Positions 17,959 to 26,674 of a stretch of DNA of 64,000 nucleotides are shown here, one piece after another. The position numbers were made by a program, and so were the translations under genes. The notes under the pieces are model-generated. The model saw nothing but the letters and a program-made list of their open reading frames with translations. It did no database searches and was not told the origin of the DNA. The number at the start of each line of letters is the position of its first letter. Position 1 is the stretch's first letter. Origin of the DNA: an uncultured Christensenellaceae bacterium (GTDB lineage: Bacteria > Bacillota > Clostridia > Christensenellales > CAG-1252); NCBI GenBank assembly GCA_964368645.1, contig CAYJBY010000011.1, positions 19,239-83,238 on the forward strand, read 5' to 3'.

Positions 17959-19050
17959 TTAAAAGGGTTTGTCGTCAGGCGACTGTTCCGAGTCGGCGGA
18001 TTGAGAATTATCGCTATTATCCTCCGATGGTTCGTCGGACGTAACCGTGTTTCCTTGGCTATCGTTTTGGTTCTCGTAAGCGGTCGGCTCGGAAGTACCG
18101 AAGGAATCCTCCGCGTTCTCGGTAACAGCCGTTTTATCCGCTGTGCCGACAACGGACGCTCTTGCCGAGGATAAAGGCTCCGATATTCTGGAAAGTTCTC
18201 GACAGAATCCCTTATTAAGGAACATTATTACTCCTGCCGCCAGTGCAAGCGCCATATCCACAAGGCAGAATGCGTTGTATAGGAAAGCCCAAGCTACCGC
18301 GCTGTAACCTGCCTCGGCGGCATAAACGCCGAAGGCGAAGATAGCGGAAAAGATATGTGCGGAGTATCTTAAAAGACAGCCCACAATCGCACCAAGTACA
18401 AGCTGAAGCGCAGGGATTTTCTTGAAAATGCCGTTATCCTTAAATATTCCCGTCAGTCCGATAAAGCCGAAGGCAATAGGGTAATCCAGTAAAAACTGTA
18501 TAGGGTGAATAATCCACGGATCGGAAACCGCCTGCATTAAGCCGAAGATTAACGCAGCGACTACGCCCTTGCGCACACCGAATACGTAGGAATATATCAT
18601 CAACGGCAGAAGACTGCACAGGGTAACCGAGCCGCCCTGCGGCAGACGGAACAGTCTGACGTAGGAAAGCGCGAAAGACAAGGCAATGCAAATTGCCGCA
18701 TAAACTATGCTTTTGGTATGCTCCAAGTTCTTTTTCTTGCCGAAGGAAAAGGCGATAAGCCCCATTACGGCAAGAAGTCCAACGGCGGATACGGCAAGCC
18801 ATACGGTGCTTACGCCGCTGTAGTATGCGTCGGGAACGATACTGTTTTTGTAATAATCAGCCATTATCCAAATAACGGCAATAAGACCGCCGAGTGATAA
18901 TAACCCTGCGGTGATTTTCGCCGCTTGCAAAGCCTTAGGCGCTTTTTTTGCAAGAATGGCGATAACTCCGAAGCAGACGACCAGCAAAAGACAGAAGCCA
19001 AGCAACGGGTAAAAGGTGATTGGGTTGATTTCAGATAAAAACGTACTCAT
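17959..19050 (-). CDS. thiT: ECF thiamine transporter ThiT with extra N-terminal TM segments and acidic C-tail
   Basis: ALSFALSY..LFRLPQGGSVT, HPIQFLLDYPIAF, FLYN; downstream of a TPP riboswitch. Confidence 0.9.
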   Translation of the reverse strand: MSTFLSEINPITFYPLLGFCLLLVVCFGVIAILAKKAPKALQAAKITAGLLSLGGLIAVIWIMADYYKNSIVPDAYYSGVSTVWLAVSAVGLLAVMGLIAFSFGKKKNLEHTKSIVYAAICIALSFALSYVRLFRLPQGGSVTLCSLLPLMIYSYVFGVRKGVVAALIFGLMQAVSDPWIIHPIQFLLDYPIAFGFIGLTGIFKDNGIFKKIPALQLVLGAIVGCLLRYSAHIFSAIFAFGVYAAEAGYSAVAWAFLYNAFCLVDMALALAAGVIMFLNKGFCRELSRISEPLSSARASVVGTADKTAVTENAEDSFGTSEPTAYENQNDSQGNTVTSDEPSEDNSDNSQSADSEQSPDDKPF

Positions 19051-19054
19051 AATA

Positions 19055-19082
19055 AAAAACGACCACCTGAGATTTGGCGGTC
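19055..19082 (-). terminator. Expression-platform terminator of the TPP riboswitch
   Basis: GACCGCC-AAATCTCA-GGTGGTC-GTTTTTT; 3' arm contains SD-like AGGTGG; 19066-19074 is complementary to aptamer CCTGAGATT (19137-19145). Confidence 0.85.
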
Positions 19083-19167
19083 TAGCTCTCCTTTCGTAAG
19101 TTGGAATAATCCTTCTTAATCAAGTTCTAAGGGTGTAATCTCAGGCACGAAGCCACCCCCGAGGTAT
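19083..19167 (-). ncRNA. TPP riboswitch (THI element)
   Basis: CTCGGGGGTG-GCTTCGTGC-CTGAGA-TTACACCCTTA-GAACTTGAT-TAAG...CTTA-CGAAAGGAGAG; promoter TTGACA-18-TATAAT 19183-19212. Confidence 0.93.
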
Positions 19168-19370
19168 GTGGTATATGATAGGATTATAGAAGCAATAGAA
19201 CCGCCGTGTCAAGTTTTTCACGGTACTTTTTCATAACTTGAATACGGTTTTTGCCGTGCCGTGTCGAAGAACAGGGAAAAGTTCACGGTCTACGCCAAGC
19301 CTTGAGCCGATAACATTAGTTAAATATCGTTAATCGGCTGACTAGGACGGCGGTTTGTTGGCGTATAGTA

Positions 19371-19399
19371 TTGACTTTTTTGTCCGCAACAGGTAATAT
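19371..19399 (+). promoter_or_regulatory. Sigma-A promoter of the ABC-like gene, leaderless geometry
   Basis: TTGACT(19371-19376)-17-TAATAT(19394-19399); ATG 19406 after 6 nt, no SD. Confidence 0.65.
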
Positions 19400-19405
19400 A
19401 TCAAT

Positions 19406-20476
19406 ATGCGAAAATTGATTTTATCTAACGTATTTCAAAACTATTTCGGCGGTGAAACCGACACGCTTCACGACATATCAACAGAGTTTTGCTCCGGTCT
19501 TAACGTGGTTTACGCCCCCGAGGGCGGCGGCAAGACCACACTGCTTAAGATTATTGCCGGTTTGGAAAAGTATCGCGGCAAAATAACACTGGATCAGACT
19601 CCTCTTGCCGATAAGATAAGGGATAGAGACGTATTGATGGTTTTTGACGACTATGCACTGCGCCCTCACAAAAGCGGAAGATACAATTTGGAATATCCGC
19701 TGAAATTAAGAGGTACGCCTGTCTCCGAGATTCAATCGGCTTGTGACGGCGTAATTAAGGATTTTTTGATTGGTAACGCCATTTTGGATAACACTCCGCA
19801 TCATATGTCGAAAAGTGAACGCTGTCGTCTGGCAATAGCGCGTGCTTTTTTGCGCGAGGCTCCGATTAAGCTTTTCGATAATCCTTTCGGCGGTTTGAAT
19901 CCCGACGAGCGGAGAGAACTTTTCCTGCTTTTGATGTCACGGATAAGCAGAGAAACGGAAAGTATAATCGTTTATGCCACCGACAGCGCGGAGGAAGCCG
20001 CGTTAATTAACGGCAAAACCGTTGTTTTATCCTACGGCTGGTTGGTCGGCGAGGGCTTACCCTCGGTTATGTCGCAACAGCCTTCCTGTCTTTGCATTGC
20101 GGAGAAGTTTATTCGTTGGTCGTCTTCCTATGACGGCGAGCTGTCGGAGAATGGTTATTTGATATTTTCGGACTTTGCGGTCGCATTTCCCACCGAACGG
20201 CTGGTATCGCCGCGCTATTGCGGTTCTAAGGTTATAGTTTGCGCTCCCTATAGTGCTTTTTCCTTGCAGGATAACGGAGTGGAGGGCATAATAAACAACG
20301 TAATGAACGCAGACGGCAGATATTTCGCTTCTGTGAAAACTCAATCCGATTCCCTATATCTTGTTTCGGATTGCCCCACGGTCGGAGCAACGGTCAACGT
20401 TGCGGTGGATGCGGCGAAACTGTTGCTTTTCGATCCGATTAACGAAAGGAGTATTATCGATTATGAAAACGCTTAA
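19406..20476 (+). CDS. MalK/MsmX-like ABC nucleotide-binding protein, catalytically degenerate
   Basis: Walker A APEGGGKTT and IIAGLE retained; MVFDDY, MSKSE, LFDNP, YATDS replace the canonical motifs; beta-rich TOBE-like C-terminus. Confidence 0.8.
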   Translation: MRKLILSNVFQNYFGGETDTLHDISTEFCSGLNVVYAPEGGGKTTLLKIIAGLEKYRGKITLDQTPLADKIRDRDVLMVFDDYALRPHKSGRYNLEYPLKLRGTPVSEIQSACDGVIKDFLIGNAILDNTPHHMSKSERCRLAIARAFLREAPIKLFDNPFGGLNPDERRELFLLLMSRISRETESIIVYATDSAEEAALINGKTVVLSYGWLVGEGLPSVMSQQPSCLCIAEKFIRWSSSYDGELSENGYLIFSDFAVAFPTERLVSPRYCGSKVIVCAPYSAFSLQDNGVEGIINNVMNADGRYFASVKTQSDSLYLVSDCPTVGATVNVAVDAAKLLLFDPINERSIIDYENA

Positions 20477-21689
20477 AAAAATCGCGTTTACACTTATAGT
20501 CGCCGCCTTGATTGCCGTGCTTACCGCTTGCGGAGGTAATACGGCTACCGATAAGGACTATTGCGACGATATGGATTTGCTCCATCAGGTTCTGGAGTTT
20601 ATCGAAAGCCGCTATATCACAGGACTGGATATTGACGAGGCTGACGTGCTTGCGGCGCAGGCGGTTGTCTTTGGCTTGGACGACTTTTCCAATCTTTATC
20701 TTGCCGCGCTTTCGGGTAACGAAACTCCGGGCATAGGTATTTCCTTATACATTACAAAATATAACGAGTATTTCATAAACACGATTTACGACAACACGCC
20801 TGCAACCTTTGAATTCGAGGACGGCTTTAAGCTGGAAAGAGGTGACGAGGTTTACGCCATAGACGGCGAGAGAGTGGCCGGCTTATCGGTGTCTGAATTT
20901 TCCGAAATGGCTAAGGGCGAGGAAAACGAGAAGATGCGGCTTACGATTAGACGTAACGGCGTTATTCTTCCGCAGGAAAGGGAATACACCCGAAAGACTT
21001 TTACCACAGCCAACTGCTTTTACGTCAACGATTTAGGCGAGGGAATCAGCTCGGATTTGGGCTACATTCGTCTAACCTCATTCACAACGGGAGCGGATAA
21101 AGAATTCGCGCTGGCTATTGAGCGGTGGAAAGCCGATTCAAACGAGGGACTTATACTTGACCTACGCAATAATCCCGGCGGCAGCAGTACCGTTTTGAGC
21201 AAAATCGCCGCCTACTGTATCGACCTTAAAACCAAGTTTTCTCTGCCTATTCTTAATTTGCAATACAAGGAAAACGGCGTGATAAAAAGCTTGGACGTCA
21301 CCGTCAACGACAGAGATAAATATATTGACGCGCCCATATACGTGTTATGTAACGAGAATACGGCTTCGGCTTCCGAGGCTTTAATCGGCGCAATCAGAGC
21401 TTACAACGATACGGGTTATATAATAGGACAGAAGACTTACGGAAAGGGCGTTTGCCAAAATTCGCCTATCGAGATAACGGACGATTACAACGGCGCAAGG
21501 TTTACGTATCGCATAGCGGTTGTTATGGGCTACTATTATATTTACGACGAATCCGTAGAGGGCGGCAAGTACAATATCCATCAGAACCCCCTCGTTCCCG
21601 ATTACGAGCTGGAGCCTTCCGCGGTAATGGGGGAGCTTAGGTGCGACACTGAAATAATTAAGGCGAACGAGCTTTTTTCGGCGCGATAA
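20463..21689 (+). CDS. S41 (CtpA/CtpB-like) PDZ carboxyl-terminal protease, lipoprotein
   Basis: Lipobox LTAC; PDZ region GIGI..LERGDEVYAIDG; LILDLRNNPGG, TASASE, GQKTYGKG; start at MKTLKK with SD AGGAG. Confidence 0.9.
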   Translation: MKTLKKIAFTLIVAALIAVLTACGGNTATDKDYCDDMDLLHQVLEFIESRYITGLDIDEADVLAAQAVVFGLDDFSNLYLAALSGNETPGIGISLYITKYNEYFINTIYDNTPATFEFEDGFKLERGDEVYAIDGERVAGLSVSEFSEMAKGEENEKMRLTIRRNGVILPQEREYTRKTFTTANCFYVNDLGEGISSDLGYIRLTSFTTGADKEFALAIERWKADSNEGLILDLRNNPGGSSTVLSKIAAYCIDLKTKFSLPILNLQYKENGVIKSLDVTVNDRDKYIDAPIYVLCNENTASASEALIGAIRAYNDTGYIIGQKTYGKGVCQNSPIEITDDYNGARFTYRIAVVMGYYYIYDESVEGGKYNIHQNPLVPDYELEPSAVMGELRCDTEIIKANELFSAR

Positions 21690-21798
21690 CTTACCGATAC
21701 GTTTTTACCGCTCTTTGCATTGCGCGAAAGGGTTGTAACGGATTGGGAGAGAGAGCTGATTTTTTAATCGGAACGGGATTTTTAGTCAAGGCAATTAC

Positions 21799-21867
21799 TT
21801 GACACCCGAGCATATATGTTTTATAATCGTAACACTAAACTCCGTTTGTATGGCGTTAGTAAAGGAG
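21799..21867 (+). promoter_or_regulatory. thrS promoter and short hairpin leader (no T-box)
   Basis: TTGACA(21799-21804)-17-TATAAT(21822-21827); hairpin 21834-21860; SD AAAGGAG 21861-21867. Confidence 0.75.
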
Positions 21868-21875
21868 AACTTTCA

Positions 21876-23819
21876 ATGAAAATCAATCTTAAAGGCACAA
21901 TCAGAGAATACGACGCACCGCTTACCGTAGAAGATATTGCGGCATCCATCGGCGAGGAACTAAGAAGAGCCTGTCTTTGCGGCAAGGTGAACGGCAAGTT
22001 GGTCGATAGCAAGACCGTAGTCAGCGAGGACGCAGACGTTCAGATTATTACGTTTGCGGATGAGGAAGGCAAGCGCGTTTATAACCACACCTGCTCCCAT
22101 ATCTTGGCGCAGGCGGTAAAAAGACTGTTCCCCACTGCGAAACTGGCGATAGGTCCTTCTATTGAAAACGGTTTTTATTATGATTTTGAGTTTAAGACTC
22201 CCGTTACTAACGAGGATTTGGCTCGCATCGAGAAGGAAATGCACAACATAATCAAGGCTAATTTCCCCATTATCCGTCAGGTGGTTACGCGCCGTAAGGC
22301 TCTTAACGCTATGACAAAGGCGGACGAGGACTATAAGGTTATTTTGATTAACGACTTACCCAAGGACGCGGAAATCAGCTTCTATTCACAGGGCGATTAC
22401 ACCGACCTTTGCGCAGGACCTCATCTTAAGAGTACGGGCGTTATCAAGGCTTTCAAACTCACAGGACTTGCAGGCGCGTACTGGAAGGGCAGTGAGAAGA
22501 ATAAGATGCTTACCAGAATATACGGCACCGCTTTTGACAAAAAAACCAATTTGGAGGCTTATCTGACTGCGGTTGAGGAGGCTAAAAAGCGCGACCATAA
22601 CAAGATAGGCCGTGATTTGGGCTTGTTTATGACCAGCGACGTGGTCGGTCAGGGACTTCCCATTATGATGCCCAAGGGCGCGAAAATAATGCAGATACTT
22701 CAGCGTTTCGTAGAGGACGAGGAGGAAAAACGCGGCTTTATGCCCACCCGTACCCCCGATATGTCCAAAAGCGATTTGTTTAAGATTTCCGGACACTGGT
22801 ATCACTACCGCGACAAGATGTTCGTAATCGGCGATCCCGAAAAGGAAGACGAGGGCGAAGAGGTTATGGCATTACGTCCTATGACCTGTCCTTTCCAATA
22901 TCAGATTTACCTCAACGGACTTAAGAGTTACCGCGATTTGCCCGTAAGATTTTACGAGACCGCAACCGAGTTCCGTAACGAGGCAAGCGGCGAAATGCAC
23001 GGTCTTATCCGTATCAGACAGTTTACCTTGGCGGACGGTCACTTGATTTGCACGCCGGAGCAGGTGGAGGACGAGTTTAAGCGTTGCTTGGATTTGTCTT
23101 ATTACTTCCTTGACTGTCTCGGCTTGAGAGATATGGTCAGTTTCCGTTTTTCCAAGTGGGATCCCAAGGATACCGAAAAGTACATCAACGATCCTGCGGC
23201 TTGGGACAGAACCCAGACCATTATGCGTAATATCCTTAACGACCTTAAGATTGATTACGTTGAAGCGGACGGCGAGGCTGCTTTTTACGGTCCTAAGCTG
23301 GACGTTCAAGCCAAGAACGTACACGGCAAGGAAGATACTATTATCACGATTCAGCTTGACTTCTGCGCCGCAGAGCGTTTCGGTATGTACTACGTTGACG
23401 AGAACGGCGATAAAAAGTTGCCTTACGTTATCCACAGAAGCTCAATCGGCTGTTACGAGCGTACCCTCGCGATGCTTATCGAAAAGTACGCAGGTGCATT
23501 CCCTCTTTGGCTCTCTCCCGTACAGGTTAAGGTTTTAAGCCTTACCGAGCGTACCGCCGAGGCGGCAAAGCAGTTCGTCAGCGAGCTTTTGCTCCACGGT
23601 TTCAGAGTTGAGTACGACGTTCGCGACGAGAAAATCGGCAAGAAGATCAGAGAGGCACAGCTGGAGAAGGTTCCTTATATGGTAATCATAGGCGATAAGG
23701 AAGCGGAGCAGGGCGTTGTAGCCGTCAGAGAAAGAAGTGCCGGCGACATCGGAACAATGACTCACAGAGATTTTATCGAGCGTCTTTATACCGAAGTGAA
23801 TAATAAGGTTATAAAATAA
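21876..23819 (+). CDS. thrS: Threonine--tRNA ligase
   Basis: TGS domain, HTCSH, DLCAGPH, GAYWKG, RPMTCP, AAFYGPKLD; start moved to ATG 21876. Confidence 0.97.
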   Translation: MKINLKGTIREYDAPLTVEDIAASIGEELRRACLCGKVNGKLVDSKTVVSEDADVQIITFADEEGKRVYNHTCSHILAQAVKRLFPTAKLAIGPSIENGFYYDFEFKTPVTNEDLARIEKEMHNIIKANFPIIRQVVTRRKALNAMTKADEDYKVILINDLPKDAEISFYSQGDYTDLCAGPHLKSTGVIKAFKLTGLAGAYWKGSEKNKMLTRIYGTAFDKKTNLEAYLTAVEEAKKRDHNKIGRDLGLFMTSDVVGQGLPIMMPKGAKIMQILQRFVEDEEEKRGFMPTRTPDMSKSDLFKISGHWYHYRDKMFVIGDPEKEDEGEEVMALRPMTCPFQYQIYLNGLKSYRDLPVRFYETATEFRNEASGEMHGLIRIRQFTLADGHLICTPEQVEDEFKRCLDLSYYFLDCLGLRDMVSFRFSKWDPKDTEKYINDPAAWDRTQTIMRNILNDLKIDYVEADGEAAFYGPKLDVQAKNVHGKEDTIITIQLDFCAAERFGMYYVDENGDKKLPYVIHRSSIGCYERTLAMLIEKYAGAFPLWLSPVQVKVLSLTERTAEAAKQFVSELLLHGFRVEYDVRDEKIGKKIREAQLEKVPYMVIIGDKEAEQGVVAVRERSAGDIGTMTHRDFIERLYTEVNNKVIK

Positions 23820-23884
23820 TCGATATTCGCGGAATAATTTACAAAAAACAGTTGACTTCAAGGTAGGAAACTGTTAATATAACA

Positions 23885-23990
23885 CCGAAGCAGAGCTACT
23901 TCTCACCTAACGTATTTCGTTATTTTAGGTTTCTCGCAAATAGCGTTTTTCGTATGCGGGTAGTAGTTGTGCTACCCGCATATCTTTATT
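23885..23990 (+). ncRNA. Ribosomal protein L20 leader
   Basis: GAAGCAGAGCTACTTCTCACCT...AGGT then terminator ATGCGGGTAG..CTACCCGCAT-ATCTTTATTT upstream of infC-rpmI-rplT; promoter TTGACT-17-TAATAT. Confidence 0.8.
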
Positions 23991-24005
23991 TAGGAGGACT
24001 TAGTT

Positions 24006-24518
24006 ATCAAAGATTATCAGATTAACGACCAAATATGTGACAGGGAAGTCAAGGTTGTTGGGACCGACGGACAATTAGTCGGTATCGTTTCCTCAGCAGA
24101 GGCAATCCGTATTGCCGAACAGGCAGGTATGGATTTAGTCAAAATTGCGCCTCAGGCTGTCCCGCCTATCTGCAAGTTGATGAATTATGATAAATTCCGC
24201 TTTGAAACAATCAAGAAGGAAAAGGAAAGCAAGAAGAACCAGAAGATTATCAAGCTCAAAGAGGTTCAGCTGTCTATCGTGATAGACGTAGGCGACCTTA
24301 ACGTGAAAGCGAAGAGAGCTAACGAGTTCTTAGCAGACGGCAACAAGGTGCGCGTAGTCATTCGTATGAGAGGAAGACAGAACAAGCGTCCCGAGTTGGG
24401 CATCAAGCTCCTTAACGACTTCTTCACCCAGTTAGACAACGCCGTATTAGAGCAGGCTCCTATGCACGAGGGTAACACCCTTAGAATGCAGGTTGCCCCC
24501 GCTAAAGCGACAAAATAA
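24006..24518 (+). CDS. infC: Translation initiation factor IF-3 (non-AUG start ATC)
   Basis: SD AGGAGG then ATC AAA GAT TAT CAG ATT AAC GAC CAA (IF3 N-domain), in frame with the 24129 ORF. Confidence 0.93.
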   Translation: MKDYQINDQICDREVKVVGTDGQLVGIVSSAEAIRIAEQAGMDLVKIAPQAVPPICKLMNYDKFRFETIKKEKESKKNQKIIKLKEVQLSIVIDVGDLNVKAKRANEFLADGNKVRVVIRMRGRQNKRPELGIKLLNDFFTQLDNAVLEQAPMHEGNTLRMQVAPAKATK

Positions 24519-24546
24519 TTTATAAAATACAATCGGAGGTTATACT

Positions 24547-24741
24547 ATGCCAAAAATGAAGTCGCACAGTGGTGCAAAAAAGAGATTCCGCGCGACAAGC
24601 AGCGGTAATATCAAAAGAGGAATGATCGGTAAAAGACACATTCTGACCAAGAAGGATACCAAAAGAAAGCGCAACTTAAGAGCAGGTTCTTACGTTGATA
24701 AGACCTTTGAAGGTACCGTAAGTACCTTACTGCAGAAGTAA
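24547..24741 (+). CDS. rpmI: 50S ribosomal protein L35
   Basis: [14 protein letters not shown]...HILTKK. Confidence 0.97.
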   Translation: MPKMKSHSGAKKRFRATSSGNIKRGMIGKRHILTKKDTKRKRNLRAGSYVDKTFEGTVSTLLQK

Positions 24742-24756
24742 TATAGAGGTGACAAT

Positions 24757-25107
24757 ATGAGAATTAAAAGAGCAGTTAACGCAGTCAAAAAGCGCAGAAA
24801 GATATTAAAGATCGCCAAGGGTTACAGAGGCGGCAAGAGCACTCTTTACAGAGTTTCCCGCGAAGCGGTTATGAAGTCTATGTCTTACGCATACGTAGGA
24901 CGTAAGGCGAAGAAGAGAGATTTCCGCAAGCTGTGGATCGCAAGAATCAACGCGGCGGCAAGAACCAACGGCTTATCCTACAGCAGATTAATGCACGGCT
25001 TGAAGGTAAGCGCAATCGACCTCAACCGCAAGGTTTTGGCTGACTTGGCAATCAAGGACGCAGCAGCTTTTACAGCCCTTTGCGAAAAGGCTAAAGCCGC
25101 GCTATAA
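24757..25107 (+). CDS. rplT: 50S ribosomal protein L20
   Basis: AKGYRG...[15 protein letters not shown]. Confidence 0.97.
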   Translation: MRIKRAVNAVKKRRKILKIAKGYRGGKSTLYRVSREAVMKSMSYAYVGRKAKKRDFRKLWIARINAAARTNGLSYSRLMHGLKVSAIDLNRKVLADLAIKDAAAFTALCEKAKAAL

Positions 25108-25113
25108 GCAGTT

Positions 25114-25143
25114 AAAATTGCATTCTTTCCGAATGCAATTTTC
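25114..25143 (+). terminator. Terminator after rplT
   Basis: AAAATTGCATTC-TTTCC-GAATGCAATTTT. Confidence 0.75.
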
Positions 25144-25155
25144 TTATAGGAGAAG

Positions 25156-25899
25156 ATGTCTGATATAATTCGGTCGGTGGCTAATCAAAAGGTGAAACTG
25201 CTTCGCAGTCTAGCTGACAAGAAGGAGCGCGACTCGCAGGGTGTGTTTATCGCAGAAGGGGCTAACCTCGTCAAGGATATACCTACCGACGCCGACGTTC
25301 GCGCGGTTTTTGTCGCCGAAAGCAAGGCGGAATCACTGGCAGAGCTTACGGCTCGTTTCGGCGAGCCGACCGTATTAGAGGACAGGATATTCCAATCCGT
25401 CAGCGGCACGGTCACGCCTTCGGGCGTACTGGCGATTGTCGGCAAGCCCTGTAACGAGCCAAACTTCGGCAAACGCTTAATGGTGCTTGACGGTGTTTCG
25501 GACAGCGGTAACGTAGGTACGATTATCCGTACCGCGGCATCGGCAGGTTTCGGTGACGTGGTATTAATCAACGCCGCCGATCCGTATTCTCCCAAGGCTG
25601 TACGCGCGTCTATGGGCGGTATATTCAAAGTACGCGTGCACACTATGACTGCGGAAGAATTTTTGCAGTTAAAGTATTCGGTTTACGTACTCGATATGGC
25701 AGGCGAGGATATTTTCAAGGCACAGCCGTCGGCACGGTTCGCCCTTGCGGTGGGAAGCGAAGCCCACGGCGTTTCGGACGTATTGTCGTCAGCCGCGGAG
25801 AAGGTGTTATCCATACCGATGACAGGAGCGGTGGAATCACTTAACGCTTCGGTTAGCGCGGCGATTGCTATGTACGTACTCAATCACAACAATATTTAA
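25156..25899 (+). CDS. TrmH/SpoU family RNA methyltransferase
   Basis: DSGNVGTIIRTA, KAVRASMG, GSEAHG, ESLNAS. Confidence 0.92.
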   Translation: MSDIIRSVANQKVKLLRSLADKKERDSQGVFIAEGANLVKDIPTDADVRAVFVAESKAESLAELTARFGEPTVLEDRIFQSVSGTVTPSGVLAIVGKPCNEPNFGKRLMVLDGVSDSGNVGTIIRTAASAGFGDVVLINAADPYSPKAVRASMGGIFKVRVHTMTAEEFLQLKYSVYVLDMAGEDIFKAQPSARFALAVGSEAHGVSDVLSSAAEKVLSIPMTGAVESLNASVSAAIAMYVLNHNNI

Positions 25900-25930
25900 C
25901 GTAACATTTCCATAATTATCGGAGGTTTTT

Positions 25931-26674
25931 ATGTCAGGACACAGCAAATGGCACAATATACAGGCAACTAAAGGAAAAGCGGACGCTAAAAGAAGCGCGA
26001 TTTTTACCAAGATCGGACGTGAAATCGCAGTTGCGGTCAAGGAAGGCGGCGCAGACGTTAGAAGCAACAGCAAGTTAGCGGCGGTAGTGGCTAAGGCTAA
26101 GGCTAACAATATGCCTAACGACAACATCGACAGAAGCATCAAAAAGGCTTCAGGCGAGTTGGGCAGTATCAACTACGAGGAGATAACCTACGAGGGATAC
26201 GCTCCCGGCGGCGTTGCTATGATAGTTCAAACTCTTACCGATAACCGTAATCGTACAGCAGGCGACGTAAGACATATCTTTGATAAGTACGGCGGTTCTA
26301 TGGGCAACAGCGGTTGCGTTTCCTATATGTTCGACAAGAAGGGCGTTATCGCAGTGGAAAGCGCAGGCCTTGACGAGGACGACTTTATGATGATGGCGTT
26401 GGACGCAGGAGCGGACGACATTATGACTGATGATGACGTTTACGTGGTTTATACCGCGCCTACGGCTTTTACCGCCGTAAGAGACGCTCTTATCGAGAAG
26501 GGCTTGACGATAATTTCCGCAGAGCTGGAGCTTATACCCCAGAATACTATCACTCCCGATGAGGAGACTATCCCCAAGATACAGAGATTTGTGGACCTTT
26601 TTGAGGAGAACGACGACGTGCAGAACGTATATCATAACGCTAATCTGCCGGACGAAGAGGAGGACGACGATTGA
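25931..26674 (+). CDS. yebC: YebC/PmpR family protein
   Basis: [34 protein letters not shown]. Confidence 0.95.
   Translation: MSGHSKWHNIQATKGKADAKRSAIFTKIGREIAVAVKEGGADVRSNSKLAAVVAKAKANNMPNDNIDRSIKKASGELGSINYEEITYEGYAPGGVAMIVQTLTDNRNRTAGDVRHIFDKYGGSMGNSGCVSYMFDKKGVIAVESAGLDEDDFMMMALDAGADDIMTDDDVYVVYTAPTAFTAVRDALIEKGLTIISAELELIPQNTITPDEETIPKIQRFVDLFEENDDVQNVYHNANLPDEEEDDD

Noticed and set aside
19083-19125. TPP riboswitch lacking P5 altogether
   Set aside because: On re-folding, UAAG/CUUA and CGAAAGG supply P5 and the P4 3' strand, so the aptamer is complete with an enlarged loop.
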